From positions 1 through 64,000 of the forward strand of contig JBPGPT010000013.1 of NCBI GenBank assembly GCA_051047955.1: a DNA stretch of 64,000 nt. The letters are read 5' to 3'. This document shows, one piece after another, positions 27,501 through 40,768 of this stretch. The position numbers and the translations under genes were made by a program. Source of the stretch: Cystobasidiomycetes sp. EMM_F5. Lineage: Eukaryota. The notes under the pieces are model-generated. The model worked only from the letters and a program-made list of their open reading frames with translations, was not told where the DNA came from and did no database searches. Numbering within the stretch: the first letter of the stretch is position 1; every line of letters starts with the position of its first letter.

Positions 27501-29026
27501 AACGCCTTCAATATCGGTAAGCAGCGGCGGAAGATCGCTCGAGGTGTATAAGAGTGCATTCTGGGGCGGACGGGTTGATGATGCGAAAGCACGTCTTTGC
27601 CATGCTTCAACATCGAGACGATCAGAATCTTCCTCGAAGATCCAAGAGTCGATGAAAGGCGTGTCGAGACAGATTCGCAACGAGCCATTCTGCACTTGAG
27701 CAGGCTGGTGGGCCGCCAGGCGTGGCCAGTACTGCAGCCACTCTTCACCGAAACCTTCACGATCGGTAGGGCCAGGGAAGGGGACCATCTGCTTTACTTT
27801 GGCTTGTTCCTGTGATGCATCCTTGTCGACGTCATAGACGTACTTTGCGTACATTTCTGCCTTTGTCTTGCCTTCCCAGCCAATCCATAAATTCATGACT
27901 CTCCAAGCGAGCATTCTCATTCCGATAGATGGATGACTGACCATGGTGTCGGAGATGCCAGGCGGGGGAAGGAGGCTGCCATTTCTCTGCGAGATCGCGG
28001 GCATGAGGGAGAAGTACGGCACAGATTTCAAGATCATATCGAGCATGAGCAAAAGGGCACAAAGATCTTGGTGCTGTACGAGCGATGACATGGGATGTTC
28101 GGTATGGTCGATGGTCTGCGCCGAACCTGGGGAAAGTTCATCTTCCGCGACCTTCTCATCGAGTAAGCCCAGAAGAGAAGAGCGTGCAAAGAATGGATGG
28201 CGTAAAAGTATCAGAAATATGCTGGAGAAAGAAAGCAGTCTCAGCTCAGTGAAATTACTCAGCCGGCAGCTGCTCTTACGGATATAATGCTGGACAGGCC
28301 TCGAGGAGCCTCGAGCATGCCGTGAGAACATCAAAGATGAGTCTTGGGCTGACTGTACTAGCTGCAGCCGTCGCGCCGCCAGAACTGTCAAAACCTAGGG
28401 CGAAGAGCCATCGAGCACCCAAGTCGATCACTATCGGCTCAAAGCATCTGGCTATTGGAAAGGTCAGAGCTGGATGTAGGATCAGACGAGCCAGGAGATC
28501 CAGGAGGCGAGTCTTGAGGTCAGCATCATCCCCAACGAAAGCGTCGCCGGACAATCCGAATTTTGCCTTATGGTCATTTGGGATGACGGCCAGCAATAGC
28601 GCCAGCTCGTCTTGAGTAACAACCTGGTCTGTCCATGTCTCGTACGGTGTACGGTCCTCTGCGCCGTTCACAAGCGGAGCCTGCTGGCCTTGGTTGTGCT
28701 CTTCGAATATGCCGAGTTCGAACAGAAATTGCTCGATTGCCGCTACGAGGTCGAATGGCAGCTGATTTTGCAGGGACTGAGCAGGCTGCCTGTACGGTAG
28801 TTTGTGGGATGGCCGCGCATCTTGTATGGCCTTGTCTTCAGCCAGCTGAGCTTCGACTTGAGCTCGTTTCTCGACAAATTCTGGCTGTGTTTCGAGGTAG
28901 TCTCTGCGGGCGTGGGTTGGGAATGTAAGCATTAGGAGCACACGGCCAAGTCTTTTACACGCACAGTGGGTTACTGAGGATATCGTAATCCTCATCCAGG
29001 ATATCCGCATTGTCGACGTCCATCAT
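12576..29026 (-). CDS. MDN1: Midasin/Rea1, dynein-related AAA+ ATPase for 60S ribosome maturation
   Basis: Tandem AAA modules with Walker A (GETGTGKT, GPTSAGKT, GETGSGKT, GPPGVGKT, GPRESGKS) and Walker B (LLDEINLA, VLDELNLA, LLDEMNLA). A long linker and D/E-rich tail precede a C-terminal MIDAS/VWA domain (LQGDYRTGKRLNMRKIIPYIAS...IWLRR, DDSRSM, IISDG). The ORF pieces join through short introns. ATG at 29026 or 29023. Confidence 0.97.
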
Positions 29027-29217
29027 GCATGTGGTTGGTGTTAACCTCGAGTGCGTTGGCAAATTGGCAGTCAGTTTGTGCAAGTTGCGTCTGGGCAACT
29101 ATGTGAAGTCCAAGTCATCGCACAGTATACTCCACTCGCAGTTTGGAGCCGTGACTTCGACGAGCTGTATGGAGTCTGTGCATCTGGTCATAGCCCCGTT
29201 ACATCCTACAGCAATAC

Positions 29218-30120
29218 ATGCACTCAAACATGGCTAACGGGGACTCTTGTACGTCGCAAGGACTCGTTCTATGCGAGCAATAATGAACTGACGTGCACAT
29301 TTGCAGCCCGGAATACATACTCGGTCCGCAAGATGACTTCATTGACAGACTTGCAAGCACTGCACTCGATATGGATACCGTGCTTCAGAGACGAGCCGAG
29401 CATGAGATGGGCAAGTCTGATAATTTACCGAGCAGAGATTCCGCGATGTTGAAGCGGGCATTCCGGTCGTCTCCGCAGTACTATCATATCCCATCAAGAT
29501 TACTGGCCAACGAAGAGGCCCGTGCGGAAGCCGCGCTACATGGAAAGCAAGCGCTATTGAACCGTCTTGCCGTGAATCCGCAAGTGCATACATTCTTTGC
29601 GCAAGACGAGGAGAGTCGTGCCGTTGTGGGAATAGCTTCATGGACAGCTCCGCTACAGCTCGAGCGTACGTGGAGGCAGCAAGCTTTGTCAGAGCGGCTA
29701 TGGCACATCGGTTATCGTATCTGGGACGCTATCATGATTCCCATTGCCAAGCGGCTAGTCGCAGTTGGCTATATCCTACAAAAGCGCGATCGTTGGGCAG
29801 CACTTCAAGCCGAATTCAAGCGAGCCACGCACAGCATAAAAGATAAGAGGAGGGGATACTGGTCTCTCGACTACCTTGCAGTCCTCCCCACGCATCACAG
29901 ACGAGGTATAGGCGGACAACTGCTCGAGTGGGGCTTGGAGCAAGCGGATGCGGACGATCTGTCCGTCTACTTGAGTGCAAGTCCGCAGGGTGTCGGAATG
30001 TATACCAAACATGGCTTTGTGGCATTGAAGGACAAGGTCTGCTTTGCCGAAGAGGAGTGTGGGGATTGGATTGAAACGTATATGGGGCGACCGCGCAGAA
30101 GTGAGCGAAAGGAAGAGTAG
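29218..30120 (+). CDS. GNAT-family N-acetyltransferase
   Basis: LDYLAVLPTHHRRGIGGQLL (acetyl-CoA motif A) and VYLSASPQGVGMYTKHGF. The N-terminus is rebuilt with introns 29249-29306 and GC-AG 29411-29478. Start is 29218 or 29230. Confidence 0.85.
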
Positions 30121-30662
30121 GGGATACCGGAATTGAGGTCAGCAGTGGAGCGCACAAGGGTGCGGCTGAGTACAGTCGAGCGCGTCTAGGCGCGACATGG
30201 ACGCGTAGAAGCTTACGCGCTATATATGTTTGACGTGCAGGAAAGAAGCGGGATACGTTACTGCTGCGACGTCGACTAGCACACCTACGCATATTCCTAC
30301 AAGAATGTGATTACTGCGTAGGGCATCCGTAAAAGCTATTTACTGCGGAGAGCTGTGCACGTTCAGAAGTGTAGGGTGACCGAGACAAGCATTGCAAGTC
30401 AGCTCTGGCAACAAGCAGAACGGATCCAGCACCAAGCCAGTCTACACACGCACATACCACTACGCGCATCTGCTTCAAGCAAAGCTACTCTGCTACCCGC
30501 CCACTGCCCGAACGGGAAGTGCCCCGATCACCCACTTTACGGGCTGCGTGCAAGTCTTAAATCAGGCCGAGAACGAAAGAAAGAAAGTCCGAAAGCTTCA
30601 ATTCAGCTTTAGCGAGTGCGTGAGCTGCTGCACGGCTTACCTCTGCCTGCTTCCTGTGAACC

Positions 30663-33022
30663 ATGCACAGTCCTGCTGCGGGCAGTCTGCGCTTCCCAGG
30701 CGGAGTTGCCTCTGCGTCACCGTCGCAGCAGTGGCGCTTCCCATCCTCCCCGCCGTCCGACACTGCCAGCTCGGAAGGAAGCTCGTCGAGTTCGCTGCTC
30801 GGCCACGGCTCAGAAGAGAAGCAGCAGCTGCCATCCCATTCCTACTATCCATCCTCCTCCACCCACCGCCGCCAACCCTCCCAGCTCTCTACCCTCACCG
30901 CCGGCTTTCCTGGAAGAAGACGGCTGATTCCACTGGTCCTCCTGGCTGGCTTTACTCTATGGCTGCTGAGTAGCTCTGTGGAAGTCGCAGAGAATGCGGA
31001 CTTGGGGTACTCCTACAGCGAAAGCAGTCCACGAACACCATCCGAGCAGGATGAGGCACTGCCTCGTATGCGATATAGCCTAGCGAAATGGATACCCACA
31101 TCCATCTTCCGCAGACCATCCAGCTACATTTCCTCATCCAAAACGAGCAGCATTACTGCTTCCGACAACAGAATCAAACGAGCCAACTGGCAGTCTCCAA
31201 CTCCCTCACTCCCTGTTGACGCCACCCTGAGTGAACGACTGCAAGATCTGTGGGACGCTCCGCTGAGCGAACCAGCCAACTGGGTGCAGTGGAATGCGCA
31301 GACGTGCTCGAGGGAACGAGTCAAGCAACAGCAAAACGACTGGATTACCCAAGATTCAGCTCTGCTGTGGGCCTCACTCAACAGCAGCTCGATCCGAGAA
31401 AAGCGAAAGGCAATGGTCGATTACCTTGTAGAAGCAGAGAAGCAGGGGCTGATGAATCCCGAAAATTGCGGAAGCGGCAGAGGGTAAGCTGTCGTGATTC
31501 ATTTTGAGACAGTGACAGATTCTGACCCACTCTTATACTCAGACTCGTATTCACCGCCGGTAACGCAGATACCTTTTCAAGAGTGCATCTCACACTCAAG
31601 CTCCTCCGAGATCACTTCAATACAAACCTGCCCGCCGAAATCTTCAGTTTCCCAGGCGAAGCACCGCCCGCCGACATTCTTGAAAAGTTGCAAGACTACA
31701 ACGTGACACTTAGATATGTGAGTGAACTGTATCCTCGCTGGCCAGGATTCAGCTGACCTGATGATCCTCACCAGATTGAACATGCCTCTCGAGACACAAA
31801 ACGAGTCAAGAACTACCAGATCAAGAGCGATGCGATAGTAGCGTCTTCCTTCGCAGAAGTTCTCTACCTCGACTCGGACAACATGCCCGCCGCATACCTC
31901 GGCAATCACGATGGCACTTTTGATCCAGCCTACATAAGCAAAGAGCGGCTCATCTGGGAAGCGCCAGCGTACAAGCGTCTCGGTGCCATGTTTTGGCCCG
32001 ACTACTGGAAGACTGGTCCGATGAATCCGATATGGGCCATTATTGGCACCCAATGCAGAGACGAATTCGAGCAGGAGGCAGGACAGATTCTGATTGACAA
32101 GCGGCGACACATGGATGCTCTGCTCTTGTCCAACTGGATGCTCGACGACTGGAAGTTCTGGTTTAGGCTGTCAGATGGTGACAAGGATATCTTCCGATTC
32201 GCATTCCTGGCGCTCAGGAAGAGATGGGCCGTACCCGGTCGATACGTTGCCGCTGCAGCGTTGCCGTCAGATTCCATGTCTGGATTCTGCGGCCACACCA
32301 TGCTTCAGCACGATCATCTCGGCTATCCAATGTTTGTGCACCAGAATCTGCTCAAGCAGATACCTAGTGGCATCGGACGCGGATATACTTGGGGACGAAA
32401 CCGCCAAACTGGCTTGTTCAACGGTGGCGACCCTCTCATAGAGGGAGGTGAAGGCTCCGGTGACGTCGAGGCAGATAGTGAGGCTCAGTTGTTCGTTGAA
32501 TTCGAGAGGAACCTTACTGATGTAATTTCTTCCTCGATACAGTGCTGGCCAATGCACAGTCAGATGGCACAGCCATCGTACCAGCAGTCACTGGTGTACG
32601 CTATCGTGCCGCTCTCGAACGCGGTGTCTACACGCGCTTCCACGGAGGATCTGTATCGGCGCTGTGCGTTGATATGCACTACGAGGATCCCCGGACGCTG
32701 GAAGAAAAGGAACGCGACTTTAAAGTCGTTAACTCGACGACGGCAGTGCCGCCGAAAGTAAAGAAGGACGATGGCAAGTTTGAAGATCCCAAGATGGAGA
32801 GCCTCACATACGGCGTTGGTATTGACGGCGAACCGGTCTGGATCAACTGGGATCAGTCCCCACTCATGGTTGGCTATTGGCAAGACGAACCCAATCTGAA
32901 AGACTTTGAAGAGCAATTGTGAGTGTTTGGATGGGTGTGCCCTAATGGACTAGCAGCTGACACGGCTCGATGTTGACAGCTATAATGCCGGCGGATCTCC
33001 CAACGGTGCTGGATTTGTCTAA
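30663..33022 (+). CDS. Alpha-mannosyltransferase, GT71 (MNN2/MNN5-like), type II membrane protein
   Basis: Signal-anchor RRRLIPLVLLAGFTLWLL, plus motifs SSFAEVLYLDSDN (DxD), FWPDYWKT, EQEAGQILIDK and GDKDIFRFAF. The last exon YNAGGSPNGAGFV ends at TAA 33020-33022. Confidence 0.88.
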
Positions 33023-33278
33023 TCCACAGTCATTTGCACTCAAACCAAGAAACAGCATCAGAAGCAGTATCTCACCCATCACCGTGCAGGCGTTGGAATT
33101 GGCATGCGATGGACACTCAGCAGCGTACAATGTCCATAGTCCACTAGCCTGGGGGGTTGTAACATAGTCATACATACGCATATATACACCATGTTGCTAC
33201 CAACTATCAGCCATCTATGACGTCCTTGTATCCATAAAATACTGCATGCCTCGATGCAATTCCGACTCTCTCTCCTTT

Positions 33279-33284
33279 ACGCGT
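33279..33284. promoter_or_regulatory. Candidate MCB element (ACGCGT) upstream of CDC45
   Basis: Exact ACGCGT about 130 bp before the CDC45 ATG. A 6-mer can occur by chance. Confidence 0.35.
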
Positions 33285-33414
33285 CACAAAACACAACAAA
33301 TAATCATGATCGGATTGACGATCTGAAGCAATACTGTCAGAGGCTTTCGGACAGCAAGCACGACTCTGCGAAACTGCGGAGAGCTCTGGCAAGCTCTGTC
33401 TCTGACGGCCAGCC

Positions 33415-35953
33415 ATGGTCTACATCGACAGGCGGCGATATCGTCGCGCGTACGAGGGAATCGTAGCGGCAGCGCGCGAGAGCAGCAGTTCAAGCAGCGG
33501 GACAGTCTCAGTCCTCGTCCTGGTCGCCCCGGATGTCGACGCTCTGTGTGCAGCTCGTATACTCGTCAAGATGCTCGCTCACGACCATATTGGCCATAAT
33601 GTTGTCCCGGTCTCGGGCTGGAACGAGCTCGCGAGGGTAAACAGAGAGATGGTCGACGGAAACCGCAAGGTGGGCTGCAGAACTATTCTAGAAATGGTTA
33701 CTGACTGACCTTGAATAACAATCTCACGCGCTTGGCCTGGACGTCGTGTCAATGCAGCTCCGTTCGGTCGTTCTCGTCAATCTAGGATCCCTCGTCGACC
33801 TGGCAGAATACTTTGCAGTTCCCGAGCAATGCAGGCTACACGTCATAGACAGTCACAGGCCATGCAACCTGGATAATCTCTTCTCGGCTCATCCAGAAGC
33901 CGAACGCATAGTCGTCTGGGATGACGGGGATGTCGACGAGGACATGAAGGAAGAAAAGGCTGCATACGAAGCACTACAAGTTGGTTACGCGTCGCACAAC
34001 TCTTCACTCGCTCGGCTGATGTACCGCGTGTAGTATGAACCGGAAAGCGATTCTGAAGAGCTGGATACAGATGACGAAGACCTAAATTGGCGAGAACGAC
34101 AACGAAAATTGTTGGAAGACAGTGATGACGAAGGAGGATCCGATTCAGATTCTTCGCGCGGGAAGAGACGAAGGCTGGATGAAGACGGCAACGAAATAAA
34201 CGATAGCGGGAACCTCTCATCCACCGGCCTGAATGGAAAACCAAAGCGAATGTCGCGTAAACAAAAACATCTGTTTCAAAATCGAATACAAAAATATTAT
34301 AACGCCGGTACATGGTACGGGCAGAGTGTCGCGTCACAAATGTATACCCTGGCAATACTCATGCGAAGAGCGGATAATGACTATTTATGGTGGGGCAACC
34401 CGCTTGAAGACTGCTGACATGGCTGATGGTGACGAATCCCTTCTTATGGCAATAGGCTAGCGATACTTGGCCTGACGTACCAATTAACGGCGAATCTGAT
34501 CGACCGGGAGCGATACGACAGCTATGCATCCGTCTTGTCAAACGAAGTAACGCGTCTGAATGTGGAGATACCCAGGCCGGCGGCAAATGGGCAAGCCGTC
34601 AATGGAAACGCGCTTGCGTCTCATGCTCATCACCCGGACGACCGGTCAATACGACTAAGCGAAGAATTCCGATTCATGCTGTTTCGGCATTGGAATTTAT
34701 ACGATTCCATGTTTCACTCTGGATACGTAGCGGGCAAGCTGAAACTGTGGAGAGATAGAGGGAGGAAGAATCTGCAGGGTTTCCTTGCCAAGATGGGGTA
34801 TGAGACCCGATTGCTGTTTGCTGTCAGATGGGATGCACTCACCTAAAATGACGTTCTTTACAGTTTTTCGCTTGAACAATGTCGACAATCATACGCACAC
34901 ATGGACATGGACCTGAAACGGACATTGAAAAATAAAGTCGAGGGCGTGGCGCCCGAATACGGCTTGTACGACCTTTCCTATCCCTCCTTTGTCCGAGCAT
35001 ACGGCTATCAGTCCATACTTTCAGCTGGAGACGTTGTGGAATGCGTGTCTGCGCTGCTGGAAGTTGCGAATGGCGTCAGGCTAGATTTCGGAAACGAGAT
35101 TGGAGGCGCTATTTGGGCTGGAAGCAAAAGCTGGAACAGCGGATTAGGCAAGGAAGATGGTGGAGAAGACGACGCTGCACTTCCTGCCAACGGTGACGCA
35201 GGCAATCTGCCAGCTAATGGTGTTAACGGGCAAAACGCTGCGCAAACGGAAGAAGCTGCTGCTATAGCGGCGGCTAGGGCAAAGAAGCGGGAAGAAGCGT
35301 GGTGGGTCCGTAATTTTTGGATGGCATACGATTCGCTGGGAAACGAGTGAGTGCAAATGCCTCATGAAGCCATTCAATGAATAGTGTCTAACCTTCCCTC
35401 TCAGTACTGCATTACTTCGTTCGTCGTTGTGCTTGAGCATGGCGCTGCACCGTGCCATCATTCGACAAGGCATCAGTATTCTCGACAAGCAGACTATCAA
35501 GACTCTTCGATCTTTTCGCTTCTGCATCATCAAAGAAGGCCCCGATCTTCCTGTATTCTGCCATCCTGCTACGCTGTCCCGATTAGCAGTGTGGCTTGTC
35601 GATTCCGTTCGTGACATACTTGAAGGCTCGCAACAAGGCAAGGCGCCGAAACCGCTACCCTTCATTCTTGCTGCTCTCGACGAGCAGAGAGACACCTTTC
35701 TCGTCGTTGGCATAGCTGGAGCAGCAGAGTTTGGGGATGTTCGTAAAAAGTCCGTAGAATGCTTCATACTACCTATGACGTAAATGAATACTGCTGACGG
35801 GTTGTCATTTGCAGCCGATTCGGTTTGGCTTTCCAAGACGCTGCTAGAACATCTGGCACCCGAACGCGGCACGACAAATTTGAGGCATCCATTGTCGAAG
35901 TTCGGAAAGACGATCTTGCAGCATTCTTTCAACGTATCCAACTCAAGCTGTAA
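33415..35953 (+). CDS. CDC45: DNA replication initiation factor Cdc45
   Basis: [60 protein letters not shown] and C-terminal [10 protein letters not shown]...[12 protein letters not shown]. Several short introns. Confidence 0.96.
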
Positions 35954-36705
35954 CAGTACGTCTCATATTCGCCTTTCTCGACCTCTACCCTGAAAGCAAT
36001 ACAGGCATTCACCGTTACCGGCCAAAATACACATCCGATCTATGTCAGATTGCGATAACGTTCGTGCGCCTCTTCGTATGTCGCATGGATGCGAGTAGTC
36101 TTCAGTGCGATTGGGTTGGTGCATTCTGTTTCCGAGACTAGCATTGTCAATGTAAGATTCACGCAAATGTCGTCAAAAGTAGCACACAAGTATCGCTAGT
36201 CGCACTGTCAAGTTGCCATTGTTGTTGGATGTTGTTGAAAATTACATACGATGAGCCTATATGCGGTGTGATGCGGAGAGCGGCCGTCACATAAACAACA
36301 CACGACTTCGTCTGACGACAACGGACATTGACGAAGTATAGCTGACACAACGTATAAAGATTCAGAGATTACTAAAGCAGGGAGGTATACGAAACGTATG
36401 GTGGACAGATGCTACACTGCGCCAAACTGATTGCGCTTGATAATTTGGCTTGTGTGGATTGCATCTTCGGTTGTCTTGATGTTTATGAATTTTTCACCTT
36501 GCAGGTATTGTTCCAAGACAGCTTTATACAGCTGTTTGAAGTTGCCTATGATTTCCATCGTCAAAATGTATGCCTTTTTTGCATTCGTTCTGTGGCGAGG
36601 CCGGTTCTGCGTGGAAAGGAGACATCAGTCCAACGAACGCAAGACCCGACAGGAAGATTTACACTTACGCTCCCCTCTCAGAAAATGATTCCCTTCTCCA
36701 TCCAG

Positions 36706-37242
36706 TCATGCCTCGACTCTTCTCCTCCGTGTGGCACTACTGCCGCTCATTGGTAGATCATCGATAGACGGGGTAAGGACTACACCGTCCCGTTTCATTA
36801 CGTCTGTATGGTTTGACTTTGCTGTAAATCCAAACGACGAGGGTTTCGGGATGGGAATGAGTAGTGCCGGATTGTTGACTCCTCGTTCGGTCTGATTTGC
36901 AGATGCACTACCTCCGCTGAGCGATCTGCGGTGCGAGATTGTAGAGGTGGATGTGGAGGTGTGCGATGAAATATTCTCCACCGGCGGCTGTAGGGGTAGA
37001 GTCTGTGAAGTCCCGGGCGTCGTTGCGGGTGTCGTTACAGCCGTTGGGGGAGGAACAGAGGGGACACTAGCATTCCCTGCGTCCTGTGCTACATCGCTGT
37101 GTTCGATATCGGAAGGCAGTCTGGTCTCTGCAGTATCGGTCTTTGCCTGCTGCTGTTGCTGCTGCTGCTTGTTGAAGGGCAGCCGTTCGCGAGGAAATTC
37201 TTCCTGGACTGCAGCGAGGAGCTTGTTGATGGACGCCGACAT
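36706..37242 (-). CDS. Hypothetical low-complexity protein (poly-Q, S/T/P-rich)
   Basis: 178-aa ORF with ATG in good context (CACCATGTC) in an otherwise empty interval. No domain recognised. Confidence 0.55.
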   Translation of the reverse strand: MSASINKLLAAVQEEFPRERLPFNKQQQQQQQAKTDTAETRLPSDIEHSDVAQDAGNASVPSVPPPTAVTTPATTPGTSQTLPLQPPVENISSHTSTSTSTISHRRSLSGGSASANQTERGVNNPALLIPIPKPSSFGFTAKSNHTDVMKRDGVVLTPSIDDLPMSGSSATRRRRVEA

Positions 37243-37656
37243 GGTGAGATGTGATGGGGATTATCTAAGGGAGTTACATTGTAAATGTCAGTCTCCGTTA
37301 TGACACGGAACTTCCGGGTGAGAGTTTGCTATGACGCGTTGAGAGACAATGTCACTCCCGGCAAATAATGTGGATAGCCGAAACGCAGACTATATCGTGA
37401 AGTAGAGCGACGCAGAAGGACTTGTAGCGGTGAATAGTATCACAACGTCGGGAGGCGCTATATGACAATGTCCCTTCGTGCAGCCGTGGTAGACGCGGTG
37501 CACCAAACGTGTTCATTTCCCGCTCTTGGTCTCGACATTCTCAACTCTACAACGATGAAAGAAGCCTAGTCCAACATGGTCACTTTATGATTTATGATTG
37601 TTTAGCTAAACCTGGTCGAATGGTTTGCATTTCTGTGCTACCTCGGATCGCGCGGT

Positions 37657-38392
37657 TTACACTGCACGAATATAGTATTGGAAAGCGGCACCGATGGCGG
37701 CGACAGTCGCAGAGGCAGTAGCTACCTCTGGGCTCAAGGAACCTTCGACAAAGAAGCTGTAGCCGGTTGCAATCAGGTCAATGACGGATGAGATGAAACC
37801 GAGCTCGACGGCGCGCTCGACGACGATGCTGGAGGGGGAGAGGTATGGCGTTAGTGCGATTGAGACGGTGTCGAGGTGAGAGCGACTCACGCAGTGCTGT
37901 CACGCAGGGCAAGACCGAGAATGATATCCCTGGAACCGACCAATCGGATAGCCTGCAGAGTCTCCTCTGGTGCACCGAGCTTGGCGGTGGTCGAAGTGGC
38001 AGTTGCGCTAGATCCCGACGTGGAGCGAGTGGTGAAGCCGTCTGCGGAATAAAACAGACCATCAGCCATCCGACTCGACCAGAGTCTTGGATTCGCAATA
38101 CTCACACAGCTTGTTTGTCAGGAAGGCCGGGGCAATGAATGCCGACAGACCAGCGGCGATACGGAGACCAGACAGGACCTGGATCGAGGTCGACAGTCCC
38201 TGTACGCTGCAGTGTACATACACCCATGTCAGTGATGCATTACGGCAATTCCCTCGGCAGGCACGAAAACGTACCGGAAGAAGGTGGATGGGGAGGAGAC
38301 CTGTCGAGGAGGTAATAAGCAGACGTGTGTTGGTTGTGTTGCATTGGAATGACGATGGCAGTGTCCATGCGAGCACAGATGCACACAGACAT
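37657..38392 (-). CDS. Small multi-pass membrane protein (possibly DUF4267-like)
   Basis: Spliced exons give STSIQVLSGLRIAAGLSAFIAPAFL / ...LQAIRLVGSRDIILGLALRD / VVERAVELGFISSVIDLIATGYSF...AAIGAAFQYYIRAV. The GxRD motif and hydrophobic helices fit this type. The start is approximate. Confidence 0.7.
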
Positions 38393-38887
38393 GCGATTCA
38401 CAACCGATGAAGACGAGATTTGGTGCGAGGTCAGCGGGCTTTCCCTCCATTTTCTCTCGCCGTCTCCACCTACACCGGAGTTCATAGTTGCGGGTGTTGT
38501 GTGTTGTTTGTTGGGTGTGTGTGCTTGTAATATGTGCAGTGGTTTGGTTGTGCAAGTCCAAAAGTCTTTCTCCTCTCCCTCGACCTCCCCCTGCCAATCG
38601 CCTGGTTGCGCGTAGGTGACGTGGTTGATCGGGACAAACACAAACTGTATAGTTTATGCCCACATCGCCAGAAGTAATCAATACACCCGCAAGCAGCCAT
38701 ATCCACACACATACACCATACTCTCCTACAACTACAACTTGTCCCGCTTCACAATCAATCACTTTGCCATTGACCCCGCTTAGTCATCAGCCCGGACTGG
38801 TCCGCCGTCGCGCTTTGCCGTCCTCGCTTTGAGTGTCTACATTGTTTGTTTTCAAAGCGAGTCTGCGTTTATTCCGAGTAATTCACA

Positions 38888-40461
<1,574 letters not shown>

Positions 40462-40768
40462 AAGTGCATTAGATGGTGTCACAACAGAGCTCACCACGTA
40501 TTGTGCATTAGACGACAAAAGAAACAATAATCAGAAGATTGTGTCAAGCCACCTTGCATCGCGAGCGCAGGCGTGCGTTTTGAATCGAGTTATCCCGTGC
40601 GGGCATATTGGTGATGAAGGGCAGCCAAAAGCTCGAATCCATTGGACTACGCCCAATATTCAAATTCTATAGCTACACACAACACTGGCGCTGTCTACTG
40701 CGTCGGTCGATAACCGTACATCGAAGTTGTGCACTGCTAACCGCTGAGATGCTGGGGTCGCTCTGCCT

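Noticed and set aside
12576..29026. Several separate AAA/VWA genes or a broken pseudogene
   Set aside because: The breaks between ORFs are short gaps, with splice signals where inspected, and the domain order is that of a single midasin.
36700..36708. Stop-codon readthrough at TGA-CTG
   Set aside because: It is not the strong TGA-CTA context, and the extension gives no targeting signal or known domain.
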